Sequence record: MN850584.1
Origin: Escherichia phage arall
Direction: 5' to 3' (one strand)
Length of the DNA: 64,000 nt
Shown: positions 35,381 through 44,729 of the stretch, one piece after another
Numbering within the stretch: position 1 is the stretch's first letter
Layout: each line of letters begins with the position of its first letter
The notes under the pieces: generated by a model
The model's input: the letters and a program-made list of their open reading frames with translations, nothing else
Databases searched by the model: none
What the model was told of the DNA's origin: nothing
Translations under genes and position numbers: made by a program

Positions 35381-35983
35381 TTAGATATTGTAAACCTTTG
35401 TATGAGTTACTACACCATCTTCTACAAAATCAATACGTTCTTGATCCGTGACTAGTGCAGACAACACTTTAAATTTAATTTTTACACGTTCAAAAGCTGG
35501 TTGACCATCTTTAAGATAATTATGTTCGGTTGTCACTGTCTTGTTTACAAAATCAACTTTTGCTTTACCGTTTTCGCGTAGGTGGAATGTTTTTCCTGCT
35601 TTATACACAATTTCAACATTACCTTCGAGAGTAATTCCTTCAAAAAGTTCACCCTCTTCTTCATTTTCTTCGCTTTTGAACAGACGACGAAACTCTTCCA
35701 TATCAAGATAAACAACATCTTCAGAATAACTATCAGTAAGGTATGTCTTACCATCCATTAACCCGAAATATTGCCAGATCGCAGAATAAACATCACTAGT
35801 TGATCCAAGGGTATCTCTGAGTTTAGTTCCACGGATTACTTCATAAACTTCAAAATTGAAACCAGACTGCAAAGCATCAAACAGCACATCACTAACTTCT
35901 AAAGCATAATCTTCATTGTTGTCAATATCTACAAGAAAATTGCCGCTACGAATAAGTTTTTGACCTTCTAAAGTAATACTCAT
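35381..35983 (-). CDS. hypothetical protein
   Basis: 200 aa; GAGGAGA RBS; first gene of the Ter-type island. Confidence 0.45.
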   Translation of the reverse strand: MSITLEGQKLIRSGNFLVDIDNNEDYALEVSDVLFDALQSGFNFEVYEVIRGTKLRDTLGSTSDVYSAIWQYFGLMDGKTYLTDSYSEDVVYLDMEEFRRLFKSEENEEEGELFEGITLEGNVEIVYKAGKTFHLRENGKAKVDFVNKTVTTEHNYLKDGQPAFERVKIKFKVLSALVTDQERIDFVEDGVVTHTKVYNI

Positions 35984-36035
35984 TGTTTTCTCCTCTTCTA
36001 TTTAAAATATGCGCCCCGAAGGGCACTATGATTTA

Positions 36036-36632
36036 TTACTCGAACCAATCGTCGCCAGCGCCAAACGCTTTAACTACATCATAAATGTCAAGTCCAGCTT
36101 TACCTACACCATATGCTTTCAGTTTCCATTCACTATCTTCCCGCACCAGGGAGGCAACGTGGCAAATGGTATTACCTGCAAGTTCTGGAGCCAAGAAGTC
36201 AAAATCCAGCAGTTCAACGTTACGTTCATCATCGAAGATTTTAAGGAAACCTTCGGTAGCGTGACCAAGGCGTTTCTTACCCGTTTCGTCATCAATAGTA
36301 ATTACGAATGCAATTTCCTGTGCTTCAGCAGAGATATTATCCAGTGTAACATCAATCTGCTCCATTTGTCCTACACCGTCACGAACATCTTCACCTGCAA
36401 AAGTAGAACGTTCAGGGTCAAATTTCTGTGCGTAGCATACCAGGTGGCGAGGAGACAACAGTTCCGGCAGACCAGATGCATTGTGTCGGCAAATCAGAGC
36501 ACTAACATCCAGATCCAGTTTTTCGTTAGATTTCCAAGAGAATTCCAGACGAATGCGTTTCAGTGCTGGTGCAATCTTTTTCAGAGAAACTTTTTCGCTA
36601 GAACCTTTTTTCAGGGAAATTTTCTGAGTCAT
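36036..36632 (-). CDS. terD: TerD-family stress protein
   Basis: 198 aa; ISLKKGSSEKVSLKK, LDLDVSALIC, AGEDVRDGVGQMEQIDVTL, IAFVITIDDE, SEWKLKAYGVG align block by block with YceD/TerD proteins as I recall them. Confidence 0.65.
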   Translation of the reverse strand: MTQKISLKKGSSEKVSLKKIAPALKRIRLEFSWKSNEKLDLDVSALICRHNASGLPELLSPRHLVCYAQKFDPERSTFAGEDVRDGVGQMEQIDVTLDNISAEAQEIAFVITIDDETGKKRLGHATEGFLKIFDDERNVELLDFDFLAPELAGNTICHVASLVREDSEWKLKAYGVGKAGLDIYDVVKAFGAGDDWFE

Positions 36633-36704
36633 AATTTATTATCTCCTTTGTTGTTAATTTACGTTATCTATTTTACTAATCTTTTCTACAAAGTCAAGCG
36701 TTTT

Positions 36705-37499
36705 TTACGCTTTTGCTCCGAATTTTTTAACCCACTCGCCAAACTCTTCGGATAGCAGTTTATCGTAAAGTTCTTCGTCAGACAAGGACAAATCTGCAAT
36801 ACCGATAAAGTCAACGTTATCGTATTCTTTTGCCAAGTCTTTCAGGAATTTAAAGTTTGCATTACCTACACCAACCATAAACCAGTAAACAGGAGTGTTG
36901 CGGTGTTTGTTCAGCAAACTACGTACTGCTGAAGTATCCATGTTCTCCCCGTCAGTTTGGAAGAAAATCATTGCAGGAGTACGATCAACTTGTGCATCAG
37001 TATCTACAACCTGTTCTACAACAGTACGTGTAACTTCTACAAGTTCTTTTTTACCAGTTAGTTTAGCAAGGAAACCCTTAGCCGGAACTTCTTCATACTC
37101 AACGACTTCGCGTGTAATATTTTTCATAGGTACACTACCGAAGTATGTATCATAGATCTCTTGCATTACTGGAGCATAAGCTGTACCACCATTGATGCAA
37201 ACGTTAGACATACAAGAGCCGACATAATCATCATATACATCAGCCGTAGCAGGAGGCAGTTCAAAAGAAGAACTATTGAAAGCCCACATGTCAATCTGTG
37301 CATTATCATCAAACTTCATACCAAACGGCAGCAGCTTACCTACAAAATCACTAACAGTGCCATCACGATACAGCTCACACATACTACCCGAAATATCTAA
37401 GGCGCTACCGACACGAAGAACAACATCGTTAATCTTTTTCTTACGCAGAGATACGGTAAGAGTTTCTTGACGTTTTTTAAGACTGATTTTATTGGACAT
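36705..37499 (-). CDS. vWA-domain protein, TerF/TerY-like
   Basis: 264 aa; TerD-like N-terminal stretch (ISLKKRQETLTVSL) then vWA MIDAS motif DISGSM. Confidence 0.5.
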   Translation of the reverse strand: MSNKISLKKRQETLTVSLRKKKINDVVLRVGSALDISGSMCELYRDGTVSDFVGKLLPFGMKFDDNAQIDMWAFNSSSFELPPATADVYDDYVGSCMSNVCINGGTAYAPVMQEIYDTYFGSVPMKNITREVVEYEEVPAKGFLAKLTGKKELVEVTRTVVEQVVDTDAQVDRTPAMIFFQTDGENMDTSAVRSLLNKHRNTPVYWFMVGVGNANFKFLKDLAKEYDNVDFIGIADLSLSDEELYDKLLSEEFGEWVKKFGAKA

Positions 37500-37500
37500 A

Positions 37501-37770
37501 TTATTTCTCCTTTCTGAGTGTAATGTTAGTAACTTCTAAATCCACTTCTACCATTTCTGTATCATACGAAATACAGCTAAGTTGACCTCTTTGCGAACCG
37601 TTCAGACACATTGCTTGGTTTGTATTAACTTTAATAAACACTAAGTTTCTGAATGTATCTAAACCAGAATCTTGATAGGCAACATAATATACAAATGTAT
37701 CACCTGCGTCAAGTTCTCCAAAACATTTAGGTTCATCTGATTTGTCGTCTTTGATATTAAATTTAAGCAC
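37501..37770 (-). CDS. hypothetical protein
   Basis: 89 aa ORF; stop abuts the vWA gene start. Confidence 0.4.
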   Translation of the reverse strand: MLKFNIKDDKSDEPKCFGELDAGDTFVYYVAYQDSGLDTFRNLVFIKVNTNQAMCLNGSQRGQLSCISYDTEMVEVDLEVTNITLRKEK

Positions 37771-38326
37771 TGTCTTCTCCTTTACCTGCTCTCAAGCCTA
37801 AATAGAAAGCCTCTCTGGTGATCTTTTGCAACTCGTTTAAAGAGATAGTTACAACTAAATCATCTTCAATTTCTAGCTTTGAGTCTTCTTCTGTCTCAAT
37901 GCAAGTATTATGCACTTTGTGGTAAGGATTGTCAACACGTTTAAATTTATTATTTTCAGTGCTGAAGAAGCAATCTGGATCTTCTTCCCCATCACCCCAA
38001 CCCTGGTTAGGATCTTCTTCAGATCTTTCTGTTGGGATCTCGCCTGTAAAGTGCTCTTCTAATACCAGAGCAATCCCATCTCCAAGATCGGAAGAGAACA
38101 TCAAATTACAAACTTCTTCCCAAGGCATAGACCACTTAAATCTTTTACGATTGCCATGTTTATCTTCTTCGTTAGAGAAAACACTACCATAACTATCATA
38201 ATTCCCATACATCTCTTCGACAACCTTACCACCTTTCAAAAGAAATAGGTAGCAAGGAGAGCCATCGAAAGAGGTAGAAAGAGCAGCATTACCAGACTCT
38301 TTGCACAAGAAACTAAAACACCCCAT
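37763..38326 (-). CDS. hypothetical protein
   Basis: 187 aa; acidic C-terminal half; overlaps neighbour by 8 nt. Confidence 0.4.
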   Translation of the reverse strand: MGCFSFLCKESGNAALSTSFDGSPCYLFLLKGGKVVEEMYGNYDSYGSVFSNEEDKHGNRKRFKWSMPWEEVCNLMFSSDLGDGIALVLEEHFTGEIPTERSEEDPNQGWGDGEEDPDCFFSTENNKFKRVDNPYHKVHNTCIETEEDSKLEIEDDLVVTISLNELQKITREAFYLGLRAGKGEDSA

Positions 38327-38526
38327 TATACACCAGCCTTAAGATCAATTAAAGCCAAAGTTGTTTCAGAGTGTGTTTGCTCGTCTACAGGTGCAGTCAT
38401 ATGATAATACAAAAAATCTTCGGCATCATACCAATCTGATTCTTGACCTTGTTTCCAACCATCAATGAAAGCATCTTCCATAATGGTTTGCAATTCTTCA
38501 CGAGTTAAGTGAATATCTTTACTCAT
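38326..38526 (-). CDS. hypothetical protein
   Basis: 66 aa acidic ORF; ATGA overlap. Confidence 0.35.
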   Translation of the reverse strand: MSKDIHLTREELQTIMEDAFIDGWKQGQESDWYDAEDFLYYHMTAPVDEQTHSETTLALIDLKAGV

Positions 38527-38759
38527 TACACATTCTCCTCTTTTACCAATTCCATCGTTGAATTGTCAAAACCATCTTTAGAAGAATAGGTATAGACAGA
38601 ACGTAGTTCTCGCAGGACAGTGAATACATTAGGATCATCTAACCAAGCATCCTGGAGGAGAACATAACGATCTTCATTGTCATACTGAACAGCAATCATA
38701 GAACCAGACAGTTTGTAAATTTTAATATTCATAATATATTTCTCCTTAAAGTAGACCAC
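38526..38759 (-). CDS. hypothetical protein
   Basis: 77 aa ORF; true start may be the internal MNIKIYKL. Confidence 0.35.
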   Translation of the reverse strand: MVYFKEKYIMNIKIYKLSGSMIAVQYDNEDRYVLLQDAWLDDPNVFTVLRELRSVYTYSSKDGFDNSTMELVKEENV

Positions 38760-39849
38760 GTTTAACAGTTTGAATCATACCATCTTCAAGAGATTGCACT
38801 TCTTGAATGTAATCAATACGAGCAGCACGGGCTTCAGTGTTGATTCGGTTAGTTTCTTCCAACATTTTAACTAAGTTTTCTTGATCACGACGCAATGTTT
38901 CAATATCCAATACTTGACGATTAGCAAGTTGTGTAGCTTCAATCTGGTTTTGTGCAGCCAGATCACTACCCATTGCAATAGCAGCATTAAATTCATTCAG
39001 TACGTTGTTCTGTGTATCGGCTGCTTTCTTCTGGCGTAGACTTTCAATATACATAGAAAAGTTTGCAGAGTAAGCAGGAATAACATTATTCACAATATTA
39101 CGGGCTGATCGCATCAAACTTGCAGATACTTTCTGCATACTTTGTACACGTGGCCCCATCTGAACACATAGTAAGCGTAGGGCTTTCAGGTCTGCAATAC
39201 GAATTTCAAGCAGATCCATAGTATCACGAGTACGTTGACGCTCTTCTACCTCATTTTCAGGTAGTGTATTAAGGCGAATTTCTTCTTTTTCATAAGTAGC
39301 TGTTAGAAGCTCTATATCCCTGTTTAAGCTAAGGGCATATTTTGCAATAGCCTCTTCTAAACGTTGCAGATATCGTAAAGAATCTTCTTCTTTTTTCAAG
39401 TCTGTTTGGAGTGTCTTTACCAAACCTTCAATACGGTTATTGATGGTGTCAAATTCTCCAAACAAATCTTCTTTCATACCTAAAACTTTCTTAACTAGTT
39501 TACCTAAACCTTTAGATTGTTTAATAGAGTTAGGATCAAGTTGCTTTGCTTGCTTAATAAGTGCAGTTAAACGTTCACTCATTTCATCTCCCTGAGATGA
39601 ACGCTGGTGTTTAAGCACTTCAGCATTAAGGTTACGAAGAGTAAGTCCTGCATCAGCACCAACCTGTTCAATCTCTTCACGAGACATTGGAGGCAGCATT
39701 TGTACAGGGCGTGCAACAGCAGGGGCATATACAGGGCTTGCATCCATAGCACTTGGAGCAAACAAAGACTTACTTTTTTCTGTTGTTGCCGTGAATACAC
39801 TCATTTCAGACGGTTTGCTTTTTACGGCACTGATAAAAGGACTGGACAT
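38746..39849 (-). CDS. helical protein, TelA-like (toxic anion resistance family) candidate
   Basis: 367 aa; GGAGGA RBS; predicted all-helical with coiled-coil heptads; size and position between TerD and TerC as in yce-type operons; no motif confirmed. Confidence 0.35.
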   Translation of the reverse strand: MSSPFISAVKSKPSEMSVFTATTEKSKSLFAPSAMDASPVYAPAVARPVQMLPPMSREEIEQVGADAGLTLRNLNAEVLKHQRSSQGDEMSERLTALIKQAKQLDPNSIKQSKGLGKLVKKVLGMKEDLFGEFDTINNRIEGLVKTLQTDLKKEEDSLRYLQRLEEAIAKYALSLNRDIELLTATYEKEEIRLNTLPENEVEERQRTRDTMDLLEIRIADLKALRLLCVQMGPRVQSMQKVSASLMRSARNIVNNVIPAYSANFSMYIESLRQKKAADTQNNVLNEFNAAIAMGSDLAAQNQIEATQLANRQVLDIETLRRDQENLVKMLEETNRINTEARAARIDYIQEVQSLEDGMIQTVKRGLL

Positions 39850-39917
39850 TCAATTTCCTCCATATTCTTTAGTAGATGGTGATACCTCTGTACCACCATC
39901 ATAACACAAATTAAGTA

Positions 39918-40769
39918 TTAAACAAACATATCTAAATAATTTGTAGTAATAAATGCTCCATCTGCTTCCAGATTAACATAACCCGTGGTATTAGCAGTTA
40001 AGAAATCCAGATCGAAGGACTCTTTAACACCCCGTACCTCAACACGAGAGATATCGAATACAGGTAGTGTAACAGCCTCTTCGTGCAATACCGTACCTTT
40101 GTAGGTTGCCTTAATGATAAACTTGATATTACCTGTTCCAGCATCATATAAAACACTTTCAAACCCTTTGAGAGTATATTTATCACCAGAAGTGAAGTGC
40201 AAAGTTGCTTTGTTTACAGTACGTTTCTTACGAGGAGTTCCTTTCACACATTTATGATCACTACGTTTTTTGTATTTAGGAATGAATACAAACGATACAC
40301 TCTCAAGAAAGGTATCAACATCAAGGATTTTAATATCCTCTGTTGCAGCAAATTTTGAAGTCGTTGCATCAAAATGCTTTTCCCTGCGATCATACATAAA
40401 GATATCAAACCGATCTTCTAAATCAAACAAATTATGTATTTTAATTTCAGAATGCTTGCGCATTGCAGCAACCTTGAACTCTTCAAAACGTGGGTGTTCT
40501 ACAAGTTCTTCAAGTTTTACACCAAAGATAGTATATTGCTTCGAAGTCTTTTCTGGTGTTGGCATTACAGAAGCATAGTCCCCGATTGCGCTCTTAAAGC
40601 AAAATTGTTCTTGACCTGTATTTTTACCAACGAATTTACAGTATTCGTCATCGTGCATACTTTCCTTGGTAGTACCAACAAACTCAAAACCATCTTTATT
40701 CTTCTCAAGGATTTCTTGATTAAAGATCCAACCTTCCAGGCGATATACTTTACCAACTTCTAGTTTCAT
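39918..40769 (-). CDS. hypothetical protein
   Basis: 283 aa; GGAGAAACAG upstream. Confidence 0.45.
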   Translation of the reverse strand: MKLEVGKVYRLEGWIFNQEILEKNKDGFEFVGTTKESMHDDEYCKFVGKNTGQEQFCFKSAIGDYASVMPTPEKTSKQYTIFGVKLEELVEHPRFEEFKVAAMRKHSEIKIHNLFDLEDRFDIFMYDRREKHFDATTSKFAATEDIKILDVDTFLESVSFVFIPKYKKRSDHKCVKGTPRKKRTVNKATLHFTSGDKYTLKGFESVLYDAGTGNIKFIIKATYKGTVLHEEAVTLPVFDISRVEVRGVKESFDLDFLTANTTGYVNLEADGAFITTNYLDMFV

Positions 40770-40804
40770 CTGTTTCTCCTTCTTATTTAATCTGTATTAA
40801 ATTA

Positions 40805-41395
40805 TTAACGACGACGTGAGCTACTAAAACTACGTTTCGACGAAGAATAACTTTTCGAAGACTTACTATAAGAGCTAATAGGGCTTGAGTAAGACTTACG
40901 AGCAGAGTAATCACTATTCACTTTTGTTGTTGACGGGCGTGAATACGTTTGTACACTTTGCTGCTTAATTGTGTTTTGTTTAGTGGTTGTATATGTATTT
41001 CCTTGTTTATCATAAAAACTATGCTTTTGTGTTGTATATGCTTTACTGTTAGTTGTAGGAGCAGCGTTGTTATTAATAATTGTTGTGCTGCTACCACCAT
41101 CTCTATAACCGCCACCGCCACTATTACCACTCAACATATGACCAAGAAGCATACCTGTAGCAAACTCACCTACACCAGACGAACCACTGCCGCCTCCTTG
41201 CACAACAACTGTTGAAGGTTGTGCAGGTGCTGCTTGAACAACTTGAGGTGCAGGCTGGTTTACATATTGTTCATCTACCATCTGATTTGGTGTTTGTTGG
41301 TAACGTTGATTTTGTACATTTTCAGAATCATCACAACCTACCAGCAATGCACTACCTAAAACAACTGCAACAATAAAAGATTTAATGTTTTTCAT
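40805..41395 (-). CDS. lipoprotein with low-complexity Ser/Tyr/Lys-rich tail
   Basis: 196 aa from ATG at 41395 (GAGAGGG RBS); signal peptide with lipobox LVGC (MKNIKSFIVAVVLGSALLVGC); C-terminus YSSPISSYSKSSKSYSSSKRSFSSSRRR. Confidence 0.55.
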   Translation of the reverse strand: MKNIKSFIVAVVLGSALLVGCDDSENVQNQRYQQTPNQMVDEQYVNQPAPQVVQAAPAQPSTVVVQGGGSGSSGVGEFATGMLLGHMLSGNSGGGGYRDGGSSTTIINNNAAPTTNSKAYTTQKHSFYDKQGNTYTTTKQNTIKQQSVQTYSRPSTTKVNSDYSARKSYSSPISSYSKSSKSYSSSKRSFSSSRRR

Positions 41396-41588
41396 TTGTA
41401 ACCCTCTCATTTAAAGTCTCAACACAATTTTTAAAATCCCTAGAGAAACAATACATCTGTTCTCCGTTCCTGTTGATAGTAATTGTATGGTTATCAATAT
41501 ATGTTGTCAAGATAAAAATCAAACAAAACAACCCTAGAGCAAAACAAATATTTTCAAACAGAATCCAAAGAACACGTAAAACCACCAT
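41382..41588 (-). CDS. small membrane protein (candidate)
   Basis: 68 aa; GAGGTGA RBS; one hydrophobic helix (FALGLFCLIFILTTY); overlaps lipoprotein start by 14 nt. Confidence 0.3.
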   Translation of the reverse strand: MVVLRVLWILFENICFALGLFCLIFILTTYIDNHTITINRNGEQMYCFSRDFKNCVETLNERVTNEKH

Positions 41589-41599
41589 CAGATCACCTC

Positions 41600-41623
41600 A
41601 ACAAAGCCCCCCGAAGGGGCTTA
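41600..41623 (-). terminator. terminator-like hairpin after terC
   Basis: AAGCCCC-TTCGG-GGGGCTT on - strand; weak T-tract. Confidence 0.4.
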
Positions 41624-41628
41624 ATGAA

Positions 41629-42606
41629 TTAAGCAACAGTCTGGTCTTCTTTTTCAGGGAAGATTAAACTTGCAAGAACACCCAGCCCAAGAGTACCTAA
41701 CACAATATACATACTGATCGTCGGGTCAATGTGTGCTGGCAGGAAACTCATTTTTGCGTGCAGAGTTTCTGCAAACGGATGATACATCAGTTTTACACCA
41801 ACAAATACCAGGACTACGATAACTGCTTTCTCCAGATGAACCAAATACTTCAGTGCAACACTAAGAACAAAGAACAGAGCACGTAAACCTAAGATTGCAC
41901 AGAGCATCGAAGAGAACACCAGCAGAGGTTCTTGTGTCACTGCAATTACTGCTGGAACAGAGTCTACTGCAAAGATTACGTCAACCATTTCCATTACAAA
42001 CACACAAACCAGAGCCGGAGTTGCTACACGAACACCATTTTTTATTGTGAAGAACTTCTCACCATTCATCTGATCAGATACAGGGAACAGCTTACGAACA
42101 ATGCGAGTAGCCCAGTGTTTAGAGTAATCAACTTCTGCATCATCATCCCCAGCGAATACCATTTTAGCCGCACAGAAAAGGATGACAGCACCGAAGAAGA
42201 TATTAACATACCAGCCCAAACTCAACAAGTAAGTACCTACTGCTACAAACACACCTCGGAAGACAATCGCACCTGCAATACCCCAAAGTAGAATTTTGTG
42301 CTGCAAGTGTGTGCTTTTAATACCAAAACTTGCGAAGACTGCCACAAATACTACTAAGTTATCTACAGAAAGAGATTTCTCCAACACATACCCACTCAAG
42401 AACAAGCTCGCAAAATCAGCACCGTGTTGGAAGTATACAAAACCATAGTAGGCTAATGATACCCCAATCCAGAAAATTGACCAGCCAATTGCAGATTTAA
42501 ATGAAATTTCTTTGTTTTCTCTGTGTCCAAAGAAGTCAATACAAATCGACAAGACTAAAATACCCACTAAAACAACCACATCAATAATTGGGAAACCCAG
42601 TTGCAT
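41629..42606 (-). CDS. terC: TerC-family integral membrane protein
   Basis: 325 aa; multiple TM helices; hallmark YVLEKSLSVDNLVVFVAVF (E-x-SLSVDN); AGGAGA RBS. Confidence 0.7.
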   Translation of the reverse strand: MQLGFPIIDVVVLVGILVLSICIDFFGHRENKEISFKSAIGWSIFWIGVSLAYYGFVYFQHGADFASLFLSGYVLEKSLSVDNLVVFVAVFASFGIKSTHLQHKILLWGIAGAIVFRGVFVAVGTYLLSLGWYVNIFFGAVILFCAAKMVFAGDDDAEVDYSKHWATRIVRKLFPVSDQMNGEKFFTIKNGVRVATPALVCVFVMEMVDVIFAVDSVPAVIAVTQEPLLVFSSMLCAILGLRALFFVLSVALKYLVHLEKAVIVVLVFVGVKLMYHPFAETLHAKMSFLPAHIDPTISMYIVLGTLGLGVLASLIFPEKEDQTVA

Positions 42607-42683
42607 TCTTTTCTCCTCTTTAATGCGGAGGACAATCCTCCGCTCTATGTCTTATACTATAAACTGTTTTTAAAGAAAGTCAA

Positions 42684-42932
42684 CTAGTTCAGTTCTGTAA
42701 TTTTAAGTTTATCTTCTTTGTTAATGATAGGGAAAGCTACAGCATCACCTACGTCATCAATAAAGCAAATAGCAAGACCACCTTCCACTTTGCTAATCTG
42801 ACCATTAAAGGCGTGATACGGGGCAGGAACTTGATCTCCATCTTCAAGGAGAATAGCCTCGTAAACCTTGCCGATAGTACAATCACGAGTGTTTCTAAAT
42901 TTTTCAAGCACTTCAACATTTACTTTACGCAT
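42684..42932 (-). CDS. hypothetical protein
   Basis: 82 aa ORF with GAGAGGA RBS. Confidence 0.4.
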   Translation of the reverse strand: MRKVNVEVLEKFRNTRDCTIGKVYEAILLEDGDQVPAPYHAFNGQISKVEGGLAICFIDDVGDAVAFPIINKEDKLKITELN

Positions 42933-42946
42933 ATAAAAATCCTCTC

Positions 42947-43153
42947 TTATTTGTTAGATTGAAAGATACCACGGAGTACCGCAAGAATGAACGTCACACA
43001 GACTACACTCCAAAACGTTACAGGAACATGATGCCAGTCTAAGCCGATAATGTCAATCATATAGTTGTATGCTAAAAGCAGTAGCCAACTAGGGATTAAC
43101 ACAATCAAAAACACAACAATAAAACAACCTAATACTGCTAAAACACCTGCCAT
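42947..43153 (-). CDS. small two-TM membrane protein
   Basis: 68 aa; two hydrophobic helices; GGAGAAAG RBS. Confidence 0.4.
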   Translation of the reverse strand: MAGVLAVLGCFIVVFLIVLIPSWLLLLAYNYMIDIIGLDWHHVPVTFWSVVCVTFILAVLRGIFQSNK

Positions 43154-43162
43154 ACTTTCTCC

Positions 43163-43879
43163 TTATTTCAGTTTGTAAACAATTACATTTAAACCTTTGT
43201 TTACTAGAGTTTCTTCGATCATAAGTTTTACAATATTCCAAGAACCTCCAGCCAAACCACAACCAAGCATTGGTAAACCTACAATTTTACCGCCTGAAGA
43301 TACAACATCGTCTCCCATACTATCTAACGCATTGTAGATAGCTTCATAATTCAGGTCACGCTTACCTTCCTCACGACGACTATAACCATATTGTCCATAT
43401 AAATTATAAATTGTCAAATTGTTTTCTGTATACTTAGTAAACGTACCTAATTTTTTATAATCACCACGTTTAGTGGCACAATCTGCTTTAAACGCACCAG
43501 GCCACTTGCTTTTAATTTTTGGTGCAATACCACTACCCATAGTGCAAAAACAGTTACAGCAGTGTGCTATAGCGTCTATATCGCCTCTCTCGGCTGCTGC
43601 TAAAAGATCACCGTATACCTCAATGATACCTGCTAGATAACTTGTTACAATTTCATCTTCCCAGTACATTTGCTCTACACCACCGATCAGTGCAAAGTTT
43701 TGTGTAAGGCGATCATCAATATAGTTAAGACCTGAAACATACACAGCATATTCATCCTGTGCTGTAATACCTTGTACACGAATTCTTAAGACACCATCTT
43801 TATCTGTTGCTACACGCCCAAAATCTTTTTCTGTAATATTGGTGATAGGATCTCCGAAAGTCATTACTTTATTAGACAT
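43163..43879 (-). CDS. macro-domain protein (TARG1/Poa1p/DarG-like) with N-terminal extension
   Basis: 238 aa from ATG at 43879 (longer ORF would overlap upstream gene by 125 nt); AIAHCCNCFCTMGSGIA and VGLPMLGCGLAGGSWNIV parallel the two signature blocks of TARG1-type macro domains. Confidence 0.5.
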   Translation of the reverse strand: MSNKVMTFGDPITNITEKDFGRVATDKDGVLRIRVQGITAQDEYAVYVSGLNYIDDRLTQNFALIGGVEQMYWEDEIVTSYLAGIIEVYGDLLAAAERGDIDAIAHCCNCFCTMGSGIAPKIKSKWPGAFKADCATKRGDYKKLGTFTKYTENNLTIYNLYGQYGYSRREEGKRDLNYEAIYNALDSMGDDVVSSGGKIVGLPMLGCGLAGGSWNIVKLMIEETLVNKGLNVIVYKLK

Positions 43880-44729
43880 AATAATCCCCTTTAACATTAG
43901 ATTTGTTGATAATGTTGCTTTCAAAAAATTGACGTAGGAAATCAAAGTTCTCTTTATATTTTTCAATGTTATTGTAGCCTTCTGCAAGGCAACCAAAGAA
44001 CAGTTGTTCTACATAATACAAAGGAAGCTGTGAAAGTGCAATTTTAAAATCAACTTCGCTTTGACTCATTAGATACTTAATAGGACGAACCAAACATTTA
44101 GCATCAGTTTCTTGCTTAATCATTTTAATAAAAGCTGCCAGGTTATTGATATAGTTGAAGTTAAGTGCAGCTTCGGTATTGGCTTCTGTACCTTCATACT
44201 TTGCAAAGTACAGGAAAAACGTATCGTTTTCAACACCTTCTTTGTCTAAAATTTCAATAAGTTTTTCTTCGTGCGTTCCTGTAATATTAACATCATCAAT
44301 GAAAATCAGAGTTTTATTACCCCAGAAATCACGATTGATAGAGAAAGTGTCACCATCGATCAAAGCCTTACGATCTTCTTTGCTAAGAAATCCATAATCA
44401 TTGATATAGCTCACTTTACGATGAACGATATCCCACTCCACTGCTTTACCTCCTTTGATAGAGATTAGGTAGTTGAGGTGATCTACAAAATGTTCAGATA
44501 ACACTGTAGCTGCATTTTTCACATAGTTATATGGAGATGGAATAACAACAAAACTTTCATTTACCAGTCGTTCTTCATACTTGGAAAAGAAACTTTCAGC
44601 CAGAATGCGTCCCATTCTTTTTGCTGCTTGGTTACTACCAAACTTTAGTTTGGAATAATCTGCAATGTTAAATTTTGCTTCCTTCAGGTTAGTAAAAGTA
44701 TTAGCAAAATGTTGAATTTGATTACGCAT
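43872..44729 (-). CDS. phosphoribosyltransferase-like protein (type I PRT fold candidate)
   Basis: 285 aa; TLIFIDDVNITGTHEE resembles the PRPP-binding loop (hhhhDDhxxTGxT) of PRTases/PRPP synthetases; 8-nt overlap with HAD gene. Confidence 0.35.
   Translation of the reverse strand: MRNQIQHFANTFTNLKEAKFNIADYSKLKFGSNQAAKRMGRILAESFFSKYEERLVNESFVVIPSPYNYVKNAATVLSEHFVDHLNYLISIKGGKAVEWDIVHRKVSYINDYGFLSKEDRKALIDGDTFSINRDFWGNKTLIFIDDVNITGTHEEKLIEILDKEGVENDTFFLYFAKYEGTEANTEAALNFNYINNLAAFIKMIKQETDAKCLVRPIKYLMSQSEVDFKIALSQLPLYYVEQLFFGCLAEGYNNIEKYKENFDFLRQFFESNIINKSNVKGDYYV

Noticed and set aside
36009-36755. 248-aa + strand ORF overlapping the TerD gene
   Set aside because: Lies antisense to a well-supported TerD coding sequence, has no RBS and a low-complexity Phe/Cys-rich translation; treated as a shadow ORF.
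43880-43996. N-terminal 39 codons of ORF 43163-43996
   Set aside because: Would overlap the upstream PRTase-like gene by 125 nt; the internal ATG at 43879 gives the usual 8-nt coupled overlap.
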